Positions 12,701 to 27,500 of a DNA stretch of 59,273 nucleotides are shown piece by piece. Numbering within the stretch: the stretch's first letter is position 1; each line of letters begins with the position of its first letter. Origin of the DNA: Utricularia gibba (taxonomy: Eukaryota > Plantae > Magnoliophyta); the NCBI GenBank assembly GCA_002189035.1, contig NEEC01000194.1:1-59273 (forward strand), written 5' to 3'. Both the position numbers and the translations under genes were made by a program. Below the pieces are notes generated by a model. The model had not been told where the DNA came from, searched no databases, and saw only the letters and a program-made list of their open reading frames with translations.

Positions 12701-15700
12701 ATCAATTTTTTTGCCGGGCTACAAATGACTCTGGGCCCGAGCTCGACTCGACCTCCTGCTCGATACCGTTGCCCCACGAGAGTGCCTTATCAAATATAAA
12801 GCATGCGGTTGAGAAAACCATTTTGGGTGCTCATGATATCCTAACTTCAATAACTGCATCACGATTTTCGTCGAGTAGGACCCGATGTGGCAAAGGAGTC
12901 AGACGAACCTTGGTCACGAAGTTCAAAGACATCACCCGCCCAGAAACGACAAGCTTTTCCTTGAGAAACTATGTAGGCAGCCTAATAAAGCCGAACGTTA
13001 ATAAATGCATCAATTTTTTTGCCGGGCTACAAATGACTCTGGGCCGAGCTCGACTCGACCTCCTGCTCGATACCGTTGCCCGAGAGTGCCTTATCAAATA
13101 TAAAGCATGCGGTTGAGAAACCTTTTGGGTGCTCATGATATCCTAACTTCAATAACTGCATCACGATTTTCGTCGAGTAGGACCCGATGTGGCAAAGGAG
13201 TCAGACCGAACCTATGGTCAGAACGAAGTTCCAAAAGACATCACCCGCCCAGAAACGACAAGCTTTTCCTTGAGAAACTATGTAGGCAGCCTAATAAAGC
13301 CGAACGTTAATAAATGCATCAATTTTTTTGCCGGGCTACAAATGACTCTGGGGAGCTCGACTCGACCTCCTGCTCGATACCGTTGCCCACGAGAGTGCCT
13401 TATCAAATAAAGCATGCGGTTGAGAAAACCATTTTGGGTGCTCATGATATCCTAACTTCAATAACTGCATCACGATTTTCGTCGAGTAGGACCCGATGTG
13501 GCAAAGGAGTCAGACCGAACCTTGGTCAGAACGAAGTTCCAAAAGACATCACCCGCCAGAAACGACAAGCTTTTCCTTGAGAAACTATGTAGGCAGCCTA
13601 ATAAAGCCGAACGTTAATAAATGCATCAATTTTTTTGCCGGGCTACAAATGACTCTGGGCCGAGCTCGACTCGACCTCCTGCTCGATACCGTTGCCCACG
13701 AGAGTGCCTTATCAAATATAAAGCATGCGGTTGAAAAACCATTTTGGGTGCTCATGAAATCCTAACTTCAAAACTGCATCACGATTTTCGTCGAGTAGGA
13801 CCGATGTGGCAAAGGAGTCAGACCGAACCTTGGTCAGAACGAAGTTCACAACGACATCACCCGCCCAAAAACGACAAGCTTTTCCTTGAGAAAACCATTA
13901 GGCAGCCTATTAAAACCAACGTTAATAAATGCATCAAGTTTTTTGCCGAGCTACAAATGACTATGGGCCCGAGCTCGACTCGACCTCCTACTCGATACCG
14001 TTGCCCCACGAGAGCACCTTATCAAATATAAAGCATGCGGTTGAGAAAACCATTTTGGGTGCTCATGAAATCCTAACTTCAATAACTGCATCACGATTTT
14101 CGTCGAGTAGGACCCGATGTGGCAAAGGAGTCAGACCGAACCTTGGTCAGAACGAAGTTCCAACGACATCACCCGCAGAAACGACAAGCTTTTCCTTGAG
14201 AAAACAATGTAGGCAGCTTAAAACCCAACGTTAATAAATGCATCAAGTTTTTTGCCGAGCTACAAATGACTATGGGCCCGAGCTCGACTCGACCTCCTGC
14301 TCGATACCGTTGCCCACGAGAGCGCCTCCTCAAATATAAAGCATGCGGTTGAGAAAACCATTTTGGGTGCTCATGAATCCTAACTTCAATAACTGCATCA
14401 CGATTTTCGTCGAGTAGGACCCGATGTGGCAAAGGAGTCAGACCGAACCTTGGGTCGAACGAAGTTCCAACGACATCACCCGCCAGAAACGACAAGCTTT
14501 TCCTTGAGAAACTATGTAGGCAGCCTAATAAAGCCGAACGTTAATAATGCATCAATTTTTTGCGGGCTACAAATGACTCTGGGCCCGAGCTCGACTCGAC
14601 CTCCTGCTCGATACCGTTGCCCACGAGAGCCCTTAAATATAAAGCATGCGGTTGAGAAAACCATTTTGGGTGCTCATGAATCCTAACTTTAATAACTGCA
14701 TCACGATTTTCGTCGAGTAGGACCCGATGTGGCAAAGGAGTCAGACCGAACCTTGGGTCAGAACGAAGTTCCAACGACATCACCCGCCAGAAACGACAAG
14801 CTTTTCCTTGAGAAAACAATGTAGGCAGCCTATTAAAACCAACGTTAATAAATGCATCAAGTTTTTTGCCGAGCTACAAATGACTATGGGCCCGAGCTCG
14901 ACTCGACCTCCTACTCGATACCGTTGCCCCACGAGAGCGCCTCCTCAAATATAAAGCATGCGGTTGAGAAAACCATTTTGGGTGCTCATGAATCCTAACT
15001 TCAATAACTGCATCACGATTTTCGTCGAGTAGGACCGATGTGGCAAAGGAGTCAGACAGAACCTTGGGTCAGAACGAAGTTCCAACGACATCACCCGCCA
15101 GAAACGACAAGCTTTTCCTTGAGAAACTATGTAGGCAGCCTAATAAAGCCAACGTTAATAAATGCATCAATTTTTTTGCGGGCTAAAAATGACTCTGGGC
15201 GAGCCCGACTCGACTGATACCGTTGCCCACTAGAGCGCCTCAAATATAAAGCATGCGATTGAGAAAACCATTTTGGGTGCTCATGAAATCCTAACTTCAA
15301 TAACTGCATCACGATTTTCGTCGAGTAGGACCGATGTGGCAAAGGAGTCAGACCGAACCTTGGGTCAGAACGAAGTTCAACGACATCACCCGCCAAAACG
15401 ACAAGCTTTTCCTTGAGAAAACATGTAGGCAGCCTAATAAACCAACGTTAATAAATGCATCAATTTTTTTTTTGCGGGCTACAAATGACTCTGGGCCCGA
15501 GCTCGACTCGACCTCCTGCTCGATACCGTTGCCCCACGAGAGTGCCTTATCAAATATAAAGCATGCGGTTGAGAAAACCATTTTGGGTGCTCATGAATCC
15601 TAACTTCAATAACTGCATCACGATTTTCGTCGAGTAGGACCCGATGTGGCAAAGGAGTCAGACCGAACCTATGGTCAGAACGAAGTTCCAAAAGACATCA

Positions 15701-18522
15701 CCCGCCCAGAAACGACAAGCTTTTCTTGAGAAAACATGTAGGCAGCCTAATAAAGCAACGTTAATAAATGCATCAATTTTTTTGCCGGGCTACAAATGAC
15801 TCTGGGCCGAGCTCGACTCGACCTCCTGCTCGATACCGTTGCCCCACGAGAGTGCCTTATCAAATATAAAGCATGCGGTTGAGAAAACCATTTTGGGTGC
15901 TCATGATATCCTAACTTCAATAACTGCATCACGATTTTCGTCGAGTAGGACCCGATGTGGCAAAGGAGTCAGACCGAACCTATGGTCAGAACGAAGTTCC
16001 AAAAGACATCACCGCCCAGAAACGACAAGCTTTTCCTTGAGAAACTATGTAGGCAGCCTAAAAAGCCGAACGTTAATAAATGCATCAATTTTTTTCGGGC
16101 TACAAATGACTCTGGGCCCGAGCTCGACTCGACCTCCTGCTCGATACCGTTGCCCCACGAGAGCTTATCAAATATAAAGCATGCGATTGAAAAAAGCATT
16201 TTGGGTGCTCATGAATCCTAACTTCAATAACTGCATCACGATTTTCGTCGAGTAGGACCCGATTTGGCAAAGGAGACAGACCGAACCTTGGGTCAGAACG
16301 AAGTTCACAACGACATCACCCGCCCAAAAACGACAAGCTTTTCCTTGAGAAAACCATTAGGCAGCCTATTAAAACCAACCGTTAATAAATGCATCAAGTT
16401 TTTTGCCGAGCTACAAATGACTATGGGCCGAGCTCGACTCGACCTCCTACTCGATACCGTTGCCCACGAGAGCACCTTATCAAATATAAAGCATGCGGTT
16501 GAGAAAACCATTTTGGGTGCTCATGAAATCCTAACTTCAATAACTGCATCACGATTTTCGTCGAGTAGGACCCGATGTGGCAAAGGAGTCAGACGAACCT
16601 TGGGTCAGAACGAAGTTCAACGACATCACCCGCCCAGAAACGACAAGCTTTTCCTTGAGAAAACAATGTAGGCCTATTAAAACCAACGTTAATAATGCAT
16701 CAAGTTTTTTGCCGAGCTACAAATGACTATGGGCCCGAGCTCGACTCGACCTCCTGCTCGATACCGTTGCCCCACGAGAGCGCCTCCTCAAATATAAAGC
16801 ATGCGGTTGAGAAAACATTTTGGGTGCTCATGAATCCTAACTTCAATAACTGCATCACGATTTTCGTCGAGTAGGACCCGATGTGGCAAAGGAGTCAGAC
16901 AGAACCTTGGGTCCGAACGAAGTTCCCAACGACATCACCCGCAGAAACGACAAGCTTTTCCTTGAGAAACTATGTAGGCAGCCTAATAAACCGAACGTTA
17001 ATAAATGCATCAATTTTTTGGGGCTACAAATGACTCTGGGCCCGAGCTCGACTCGACCTCCTGCTCGATACCGTTGCCCCACGAGAGCACCTTATCAAAT
17101 ATAAAGCATGCGGTTGAGAAAACCATTTTGGGTGCTCATGACATCCTAACTTCAATAACTGCATCACGATTTTCGTCGAGTAGGACCCGATGTGGCAAAG
17201 GAGTCAGACCGAACCTTGGGTCCGAACGAAGTTCCAACGACATCACCCGCCCAGAAACGACAAGCTTTTCCTTGAGAAAACATGTAGGCGCCTATAAAAC
17301 CCAACGTTAATAAATGCATCAAGTTTTTTGCCGAGCTACAAATGACTATGGGCCCGAGCTCGACTCGACCTCCTACTCGATACCGTTGCCCCACGAGAGC
17401 GCCTCCTCAAATATAAAGCATGCGGTTGAGAAAACCATTTTGGGTGCTCATGAATCCTAACTTCAATAACTGCATCACGATTTTCGTCGAGTAGGACCCG
17501 ATGTGGCAAAGGAGTCAGACAGAACCTTGGGTCCGAACGAAGTTCCCAACGACATCACCCGCCAGAAACGACAAGCTTTTCCTTGAGAAACTATGTAGGC
17601 AGCTAATAGCCCAACGTTAATAAATGCATCAATTTTTTTGCGGGCTACAAATGACTCTGGGCGAGCCCGACTCGACCCTTTGCCCGATACCGTGCCCCAC
17701 GAGAGCGCCTCCTAAATACAAAGCATGCGATTGAAAAACCATTTTGGGTGCTCATGAAATCCTAACTTCAATAACTGCATCACGATTTTCGTCGAGTAGG
17801 ACCCGATGTGGCAAAGGAGTCAGACAGAACCTTGGGTCCGAACGAAGTTCCCAACGACATCACGCGCAGAAACGACAAGCTTTTCCTTGAGAAACTATGT
17901 AGGGCAGCCTAATAAAGCCGAACGTTAATAAATGCATCAATTTTTTTGCCGGGCTACAAATGACTCTGGGCCCGAGCTCGACTCGACCTCCTGCTCGATA
18001 CCGTTGCCCCACGAGAGTGCCTTATCAAATATAAAGCATGCGGTTGAGAAAACCATTTTGGGTGCTCATGATATCCTAACTTCAATAACTGCATCACGAT
18101 TTTCGTCGAGTAGGACCCGATGTGGCAAAGGAGTCAGACCGAACCTATGGTCAGAACGAAGTTCAAAAGACATCACCCGCCCAGAAACGACAAGCTTTTC
18201 CTTGAGAAAACTATGTAGGCAGCCTATAAAGCCGAACGTTAATAAATGCATCAATTTTTTTGCCGGGCTACAAATGACTCTGGCCCGAGCTCGACTCGAC
18301 CTCCTGCTCGATACCGTTGCCCCACGAGAGTGCCTTATCAATATAAAGCATGCGATTGAAAAAAGCATTTTGGGTGCTCATGAAATCCTAACTTCAATAA
18401 CTGCATCACGATTTTCGTCGAGTAGGACCAGATGTGGCAAAGGAGTCAGACCGAACCTTGGGTCAGAACGAAGTTCACAACGACATCACCCGCCCAAAAC
18501 GACAAGCTTTTCCTTGAGAAAA
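3721..18522 (+). repeat. Higher-order repeat domain: ~2.47-kb 8-mer B-C-X-C'-D-(A)n, six units, n = 3,3,3,4,3,2
   Basis: The B marker (CCATTGAGG/CCATTAGG) recurs at 3721, 6201, 8667, 11127, 13895, 16354 and 18523, giving spacings of 2480, 2466, 2460, 2768, 2459 and 2169. D-like monomers recur in phase at ~5031, 7501, 9968, 12431, 15197 and 17659. Confidence 0.8.
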
Positions 18523-21500
18523 CCATTGAGGCAGCCTATTAAAACCAACCGTTAATAAATGCATCAAGTTTTTTGCCGGGCTACAAATGACTATGGGCGA
18601 GCTCGACTCGACCTCCTACTCGATACCGTTGCCCACGAGAGCACCTTATCAAATATAAAGCATGCGGTTGAGAAAACCATTTTTTGGGTGCTCATGAAAT
18701 CCTAACTTCAATAACTGCATCACGATTTTCGTCGAGTAGGACCCGATGTGGCAAAGGAGTCAGACAGAACCTTGGTCAGAACGAAGTTCCAAAAGACATC
18801 ACCCGCCCAGAAACGACAAGCTTTTCCTTGAGAAACCATGTAGGCAGCTATAAACAACGTTAATAAATGCATCAATTTTTTTTGGCTACAAATGACTCTG
18901 GGACGAGCTCGACTCGACCTCTGCCCGATACCGTTGCCCCACTAGAGCGCCTTCAAATATAAAGCATGCGGTTGAGAAAACATTTTGGGTGCTCATGAAA
19001 TCCTAACTTCAATAACTGCATCACGATTTTCGTCGAGTAGGACCCGATGTGGCAAAGGAGTCAGACCGAACCTTGGTCAGAACGAAGTTCCAACGACATC
19101 ACCCGCCCAAAACGACAAGCTTTTCCTTGAGAAAACCATTAGGCAGCCTATTAAAACCCGTTAATAATGCATCAAGTTTTTTGCCGAGCTACAAATGACT
19201 ATGGGCCCGAGCTCGACTCGACCTCCTACTCGATACCGTTGCCCACGAGAGCGCCTTATCAAATATAAAGCATGCGGTTGAGAAAACCATTTTGGGTGCT
19301 CATGAATCCTAACTTCAATAACTGCATCACGATTTTCGTCGAGTAGGACCCGATGTGGCAAAGGAGTCAGACCGAACCTTGGTCAGAACGAAGTTCCAAA
19401 AGACATCACCCGCCCAAAACGACAAGCTTTTCCTTGAGAAAACATGTAGGCAGCCTATAAAGCCAACGTTAATAAATGCATCAATTTTTTGCCGGCTACA
19501 AATGACTCTGGGCCGAGCTCGACTCGACCCCTGCTCGATACCGTTGCCCCACGAGAGTGCCTTATCAAATATAAAGCATGCGGTTGAGAAAACCATTTTG
19601 GGTGCTCATGAAATCCTAACTTCAATAACTGCATCACGATTTTCGTCGAGTAGGACCCGATGTGGCAAAGGAGTCAGACCGAACTTGGTCAGAACGAAGT
19701 TCCAAAGACATCACCCGCCCAGAAACGACAAGCTTTTCCTTGAGAAACCATGTAGGCAGCCTATTAAAACCCAACGTTAATAAATGCATCAATTTTTTTG
19801 CCGGCTACAAATGACTCTGGGCGAGCTCGACTCGACCTTTTGCTCGATACCGTTGCCCCACTAGAGCGCCTCCTCAAATATAAAGCATGCGATTGAGAAA
19901 ACCATTTTGGGTGCTCATGAAATCCTAACTTCAATAACTGCATCACGATTTTCGTCGAGTAGGACCAGATGTGGCAAAGGAGTCAGACCGAACCTTGGGT
20001 CAGAACGAAGTTCCAACGACATCACCCGCCCAAAAACGACAAGCTTTTCCTTGAGAAAACATTAGGCAGCCTATTAAAACCAACCGTTAATAAATGCATC
20101 AAGTTTTTTGCCGAGCTACAAATGACTATGGCCCGAGCTCGACTCGACCTCCTGCTCGATACCGTTGCCCCACGAGAGCCCTTATCAAATATAAAGCATG
20201 CGGTTGAGAAAACATTTTGGGTGCTCATGAATCCTAACTTCAATAACTGCATCACGATTTTCGTCGAGTAGGACCGATGTGGCAAAGGAGTCAGACGAAC
20301 CTTGGTCAGAACGAAGTTCCAAACGACATCACCCGCCCAGAAACGACAAGCTTTTCCTTGAGAAACATGTAGGCAGCCTAATAAAACCGAACGTTAATAA
20401 ATGCATCAATTTTTTTGCCGGGCTACAAATGACTCTGGGCCGAGCTCGACTCGACCTCCTGCTCGATACCGTTGCCCCACGAGAGTGCCTTATCAAATAT
20501 AAAGCATGCGGTTGAGAAAACCATTTTGGGTGCTCATGAATCCTAACTTCAATAACTGCATCACGATTTTCGTCGAGTAGGACCCGATGTGGCAAAGGAG
20601 TCAGACCGAACCTATGGTCAGAACGAAGTTCCAAAAGACATCACCCGCCCAGAAACGACAAGCTTTTCCTTGAGAAACCATGTAGGCAGCCTATTAAAAC
20701 CAACGTTAATAAATGCATCAATTTTTTTGCAGGCTACAAATGACTCTGGGCCGAGCTCGACTCGACCTCCTGCTCGATACCGTTGCCCCACGAGAGGCCT
20801 TATCAAATATAAAGCATGCGGTTGAAAAACCATTTTGGGTGCTCATGAAATCCTAACTTCAATAACTGCATCACGATTTTCGTCGAGTAGGACCCGATGT
20901 GGCAAAGGAGTCAGACCGAACCTTGGGTCAGAACGAAGTTCACAACGACATCACCCGCCAAAAACGACAAGCTTTTCCTTGAGAAAACCATTAGGCAGCC
21001 TATTAAAACCAACGTTAATAAATGCATCAAGTTTTTGCCGAGCTACAAATGACTATGGGCCCGAGCTCGACTCGACCTCCTTCGATACCGTTGCCCCACG
21101 AGAGCACCTTATCAAATATAAAGCATGCGGTTGAGAAAACCATTTTGGGTGCTCATGAAATCCTAACTTCAATAACTGCATCACGATTTTCGTCGAGTAG
21201 GACCGATGTGGCAAAGGAGTCAGACCGAACCTTGGTCAGAACGAAGTTCCAAAAGACATCACCCCGCCCAGAAACGACAAGCTTTTCCTTGAGAAACTAT
21301 GTAGGCAGCCTATAAAACCAACGTTAATAAATGCATCAATTTTTTTGCCGAGCTACAAATGACTCTGGGCCGAGCTCGACTCGACCTCCTGCTCGATACC
21401 GTTGCCCACGAGAGCGCCTTATCAAATATAAAGCATGCGGTTGAGAAAACCATTTTGGGTGCTCATGAAATCCTAACTTCAATAACTGCATCACGATTTT

Positions 21501-24500
21501 CGTCGAGTAGGACCCGATGTGGCAAAGGAGTCAGACCGAACCTTGGTCAGAACGAAGTTCCAACGACATCACCCGCCCAGAAACGACAAGCTTTTCCTTG
21601 AGAAACCATGTAGGCAGCCTATTAAAACCCAACGTTAATAAATGCATCAATTTTTTTGCGGCTAAAAAATGACTCTGGCGAGCCCGACTCGACCTGCCGA
21701 TACCGTGCCCCACGAGAGCGCCTTCAAATATAAAGCATGCGATTGAGAAAACATTTTGGGTGCTCATGAAATCCTAACTTCAATAACTGCATCACGATTT
21801 TCGTCGAGTAGGACCAGATTTGGCAAAGGAGTCAGACCGAACCTTGGTCAGAACGAAGTTCACAACGACATCACCCGCCCAAAAACGACAAGCTTTTCCT
21901 TGAGAAAACCATTGAGGCAGCCTATTAAAACCAACGTTAATAAATGCATCAAGTTTTTTGCCGAGCTACAAATGACTATGGGCCCGAGCTCGACTCGACC
22001 TCCTACTCGATACCGTTGCCCCACGAGAGCACCTTATCAAATATAAAGCATGCGGTTGAGAAAACCATTTTGGGTGCTCATGAAATCCTAACTTCAATAA
22101 CTGCATCACGATTTTCGTCGAGTAGGACCCGATGTGGCAAAGGAGTCAGACCGAACCTTGGTCAGAACGAAGTTCCAAAAGACATCACCGCCCAGAAACG
22201 ACAAGCTTTTCCTTGAGAAACCATGTAGGCAGCCTATTAAAACCCAACGTTAATAAATGCATCAATTTTTTTGACAGGCTAAAAAATGACTCTGGGAGCG
22301 AGCCCGACTCGACCTTTTGCCCGATACCGTGCCCCACGAGAGCGCCTCCTCAACTACAAAAGCATGCGGTTGAGAAAACATTTTGGGTGCTCATGAAATC
22401 CTAACTTCAATAACTGCATCACGATTTTCGTCGAGTAGGACCCGATTTGGCAAAGGAGTCAGACCGAACCTTGGTCAGAACGAAGTTCACAACGACATCA
22501 CCCGCCCAAAAAACGACAAGCTTTTCCTTGAGAAAACCATTGAGGCAGCCTATTAAAACCAACGTTAATAAATGCATCAAGTTTTTTGCCGAGCTACAAA
22601 TGACTATGGGCCCGAGCTCGACTCGACCTCCTACTCGATACCGTTGCCCCACGAGAGCACCTTATCAAATATAAAGCATGCGGTTGAGAAAACCATTTTG
22701 GGTGCTCATGAAATCCTAACTTCAATAACTGCATCACGATTTTCGTCGAGTAGGACCCGATGTGGCAAAGGAGTCAGACCGAACCTTGGTCAGAACGAAG
22801 TTCCAAAAGACATCACCCGCCAGAAACGACAAGCTTTTCCTTGAGAAACATGTAGGCAGCCTATTAAAACCCAACGTTAATAAATGCATCACTTTTTTGC
22901 AGGCTAAAAATGACTCTGGGCGAGCCCGACTCGACAATACCGTGCCCACTAGAGCGCCTCCTCAAATATAAAGCATGCGGTTGAGAAAACATTTTGGGTG
23001 CTCATGAAATCCTAACTTCAATAACTGCATCACGATTTTCGTCGAGTAGGACCAGATTTGGCAAAGGAGACAGACCGAACCTTGGGTCAGAACGAAGTTC
23101 ACAACGACATCACCCGCCCAAAACGACAAGCTTTTCCTTGAGAAAACCATTGAGGCAGCCTATTAAAACCAACGTTAATAAATGCATCAAGTTTTTTGCC
23201 GAGCTACAAATGACTATGGCCCGAGCTCGACTCGACCTCCTGCTCGATACCGTTGCCCCACGAGAGCACCTTATCAAATATAAAGCATGCGGTTGAGAAA
23301 ACCATTTTGGGTGCTCATGAAATCCTAACTTCAATAACTGCATCACGATTTTCGTCGAGTAGGACCCGATGTGGCAAAGGAGTCAGACCGAACCTTGGTC
23401 AGAACGAAGTTCCAAAAGACATCACCGCCCAGAAACGACAAGCTTTTCCTTGAGAAACTATGTAGGCAGCCTATAAAGCCGAACGTTAATAAATGCATCA
23501 ATTTTTTTGCCGGGCTACAAATGACTCTGGGCCCGAGCTCGACTCGACCTCCTGCTCGATACGTTGCCCCACGAGAGTGCCTTATCAAATATAAAGCATG
23601 CGGTTGAGAAAACCATTTTGGGTGCTCATGAATCCTAACTTCAATAACTGCATCACGATTTTCGTCGAGTAGGACCCGATGTGGCAAAGGAGTCAGACCG
23701 AACCTTGGTCAGAACGAAGTTCCAAAAGACATCACCCGCCCAGAAACGACAAGCTTTTCCTTGAGAAACATGTAGGCAGCCTATTAAAACCCAACGTTAA
23801 TAAATGCATCAATTTTTTTTGCCGGCTACAAATGACTCTGGGCGAGCTCGACTCGACCTCTGCTCGATACCGTTGCCCCACGAGAGCGCCTTCAAATATA
23901 AAGCATGCGGTTGAGAAACATTTTGGGTGCTCATGAAATCCTAACTTCAATAACTGCATCACGATTTTCGTCGAGTAGGACCAGATGTGGCAAAGGAGAC
24001 AGACCGAACCTTGGTCAGAACGAAGTTCACAACGACATCACCCGCCAAAAAACGACAAGCTTTTCCTTGAAAACATTGAGGCAGCCTATTAAAACCAACG
24101 TTAATAAATGCATCAAGTTTTTTGCCGAGCTACAAATGACTATGGGCCGAGCTCGACTCGACCTCCTTCGATACCGTTGCCCCACGAGAGCACCTTATCA
24201 AATATAAAGCATGCGGTTGAGAAAACCATTTTGGGTGCTCATGAAATCCTAACTTCAATAACTGCATCACGATTTTCGTCGAGTAGGACCCGATGTGGCA
24301 AAGGAGTCAGACCGAACCTTGGTCAGAACGAAGTTCCAAAAGACATCACCCGCCCAGAAACGACAAGCTTTTCCTTGAGAAACTATGTAGGCAGCCTAAT
24401 AAAGCCGAACGTTAATAAATGCATCAATTTTTTGCGGGCTACAAATGACTCTGGGCCGAGCTCGACTCGACCTCCTGCTCGATACCGTTGCCCCACGAGA

Positions 24501-27500
24501 GCGCCTTATCAAATATAAAGCATGCGGTTGAGAAAACCATTTTGGGTGCTCATGAAATCCTAACTTCAATAACTGCATCACGATTTTCGTCGAGTAGGAC
24601 CCGATGTGGCAAAGGAGTCAGACCGAACCTTGGTCAGAACGAAGTTCCAAAAGACATCACCCGCCCAGAAACGACAAGCTTTTCCTTGAGAAACCATGTA
24701 GGCAGCCTATAAAACCAACGTTAATAAATGCATCAATTTTTTGCCGGCTACAAATGACTTGGGCCGAGCTCGACTCGACCTTCGATACCGTTGCCCACGA
24801 GAGGCCTTATCAAATATAAAGCATGCGGTTGAGAAAACCATTTTGGGTGCTCATGAAATCCTAACTTCAATAACTGCATCACGATTTTCGTCGAGTAGGA
24901 CCGATGTGGCAAAGGAGTCAGACCGAACCTTGGTCAGAACGAAGTTCCAAAAGACATCACCCCCAGAAACGACAAGCTTTTCCTTGAGAAACCATGTAGG
25001 CAGCCTATTAAAACCAACGTTAATAAATGCATCAATTTTTTTGCAGGCTAAAAATGACTCTGGGCGAGCCCGACTCGACCTGCCCGATACCGTGCCCACT
25101 AGAGCGCCTCCTCAACTACAAAGCATGCGATTGAGAAAACATTTTGGGTGCTCATGAAATCCTAACTTCAATAACTGCATCACGATTTTCGTCGAGTAGG
25201 ACCGATTTGGCAAAGGAGTCAGACGAACCTTGGTCAGAACGAAGTTCACAACGACATCACCCGCCCAAAACGACAAGCTTTTCCTTGAGAGAGGCAGCCT
25301 ATTAAAACCAAACGTTAATAAATGCATCAAGTTTTTTGCCGAGCTACAAATGACTATGGGCCCGAGCTCGACTCGACTCCTACTCGATACCGTTGCCCCA
25401 CGAGAGCACCTTATCAATATAAAGCATGCGGTTGAGAAAACCATTTTGGGTGCTCATGAAATCCTAACTTCAATAACTGCATCACGATTTTCGTCGAGTA
25501 GGACCCGATGTGGCAAAGGAGTCAGACCGAACCTTGGTCAGAACGAAGTTCCAAAAGACATCACCCGCCCAGAAACGACAAGCTTTTCCTTGAGAAACCA
25601 TGTAGGCAGCCTATTAAAACCAACGTTAATAAATGCATCAATTTTTTGCAGGCTACAAATGACTCTGGCGAGCTCGACTCGACCTTTTGCTCGATACCGT
25701 TGCCCCACGAGAGCGCCTCCTCAAATATAAAGCATGCGGTTGAGAAAACATTTTGGGTGCTCATGAAATCCTAACTTCAATAACTGCATCACGATTTTCG
25801 TCGAGTAGGACCCGATGTGGCAAAGGAGTCAGACCGAACCTTGGTCAGAACGAAGTTCCAAAAGACATCACCGCCCAGAAACGACAAGCTTTTCCTTGAG
25901 AAACCATGTAGGCAGCCTATTAAAACCAACGTTAATAAATGCATCAATTTTTTTGCAGGCTACAATGACTCTGGGCCGAGCTCGACTCGACCTCCTGCTC
26001 GATACCGTGCCCCACGAGAGGCCTCCTCAAATATAAAGCATGCGGTTGAAAAACCATTTTGGGTGCTCATGAAATCCTAACTTCAATAACTGCATCACGA
26101 TTTTCGTCGAGTAGGACCGATTTGGCAAAGGAGACAGACCGAACCTTGGGTCAGAACGAAGTTCACAACGACATCACCCGCCCAAAAACGACAAGCTTTT
26201 CCTTGAGAAAACCATTAGGCAGCCTATTAAAACCAAACGTTAATAAATGCATCAAGTTTTTTTGCCGAGCTACAAATGACTATGGGCCCGAGCTCGACTC
26301 GACCTCCTACTCGATACCGTTGCCCCACGAGAGCACCTTATCAAATATAAAGCATGCGGTTGAGAAAACCATTTTGGGTGCTCATGAAATCCTAACTTCA
26401 ATAACTGCATCACGATTTTCGTCGAGTAGGACCCGATGTGGCAAAGGAGTCAGACCGAACCTATGGTCAGAACGAAGTTCCAAAAGACATCACCCGCCCA
26501 GAAACGACAAGCTTTTCCTTGAGAAACTATGTAGGCAGCCTAATAAAACCGAACGTTAATAAATGCATCAATTTTTTTTGCCGGGCTACAAATGACTCTG
26601 GGCCGAGCTCGACTCGACCTCCTGCTCGATACCGTTGCCCCACGAGAGCCCTTATCAAATATAAAGCATGCGGTTGAGAAAACCATTTTGGGTGCTCATG
26701 AAATCCTAACTTCAATAACTGCATCACGATTTTCGTCGAGTAGGACCCGATGTGGCAAAGGAGTCAGACCGAACCTTGGTCAGAACGAAGTTCCAAAAGA
26801 CATCACCCGCCCAGAAACGACAAGCTTTTCCTTGAGAAACTATGTAGGCAGCCTATAAAGCCAACGTTAATAAATGCATCAATTTTTTTGCCGGGCTACA
26901 AATGACTCTGGGCCGAGCTCGACTCGACCTCCTGCTCGATACCGTTGCCCCACGAGAGTGCCTTATCAAATATAAAGCATGCGGTTGAGAAAACCATTTT
27001 GGGTGCTCATGAAATCCTAACTTCAATAACTGCATCACGATTTTCGTCGAGTAGGACCCGATGTGGCAAAGGAGTCAGACCGAACCTTGGTCAGAACGAA
27101 GTTCCAATCACCCGCCCAGAAACGACAAGCTTTTCCTTGAGAAACATGTAGGCAGCCTATTAAAACCAACGTTAATAAATGCATCATTTTTTTGCCGGCT
27201 AAAAAATGACTCTGGGCGAGCTCGACTCGACCTGCCCGATACCGTTGCCCACTAGAGCGCCTCCTCAATATAAAGCATGCGATTGAGAAAACATTTTGGG
27301 TGCTCATGAAATCCTAACTTCAATAACTGCATCACGATTTTCGTCGAGTAGGACCAGATTTGGCAAAGGAGTCAGACCGAACCTTGGTCAGAACGAAGTT
27401 CACAACGACATCACCCGCCAAAAACGACAAGCTTTTCCTTGAGAAAACCATTGAGGCAGCCTATTAAAACCAACGTTAATAAATGCATCAAGTTTTTTGC

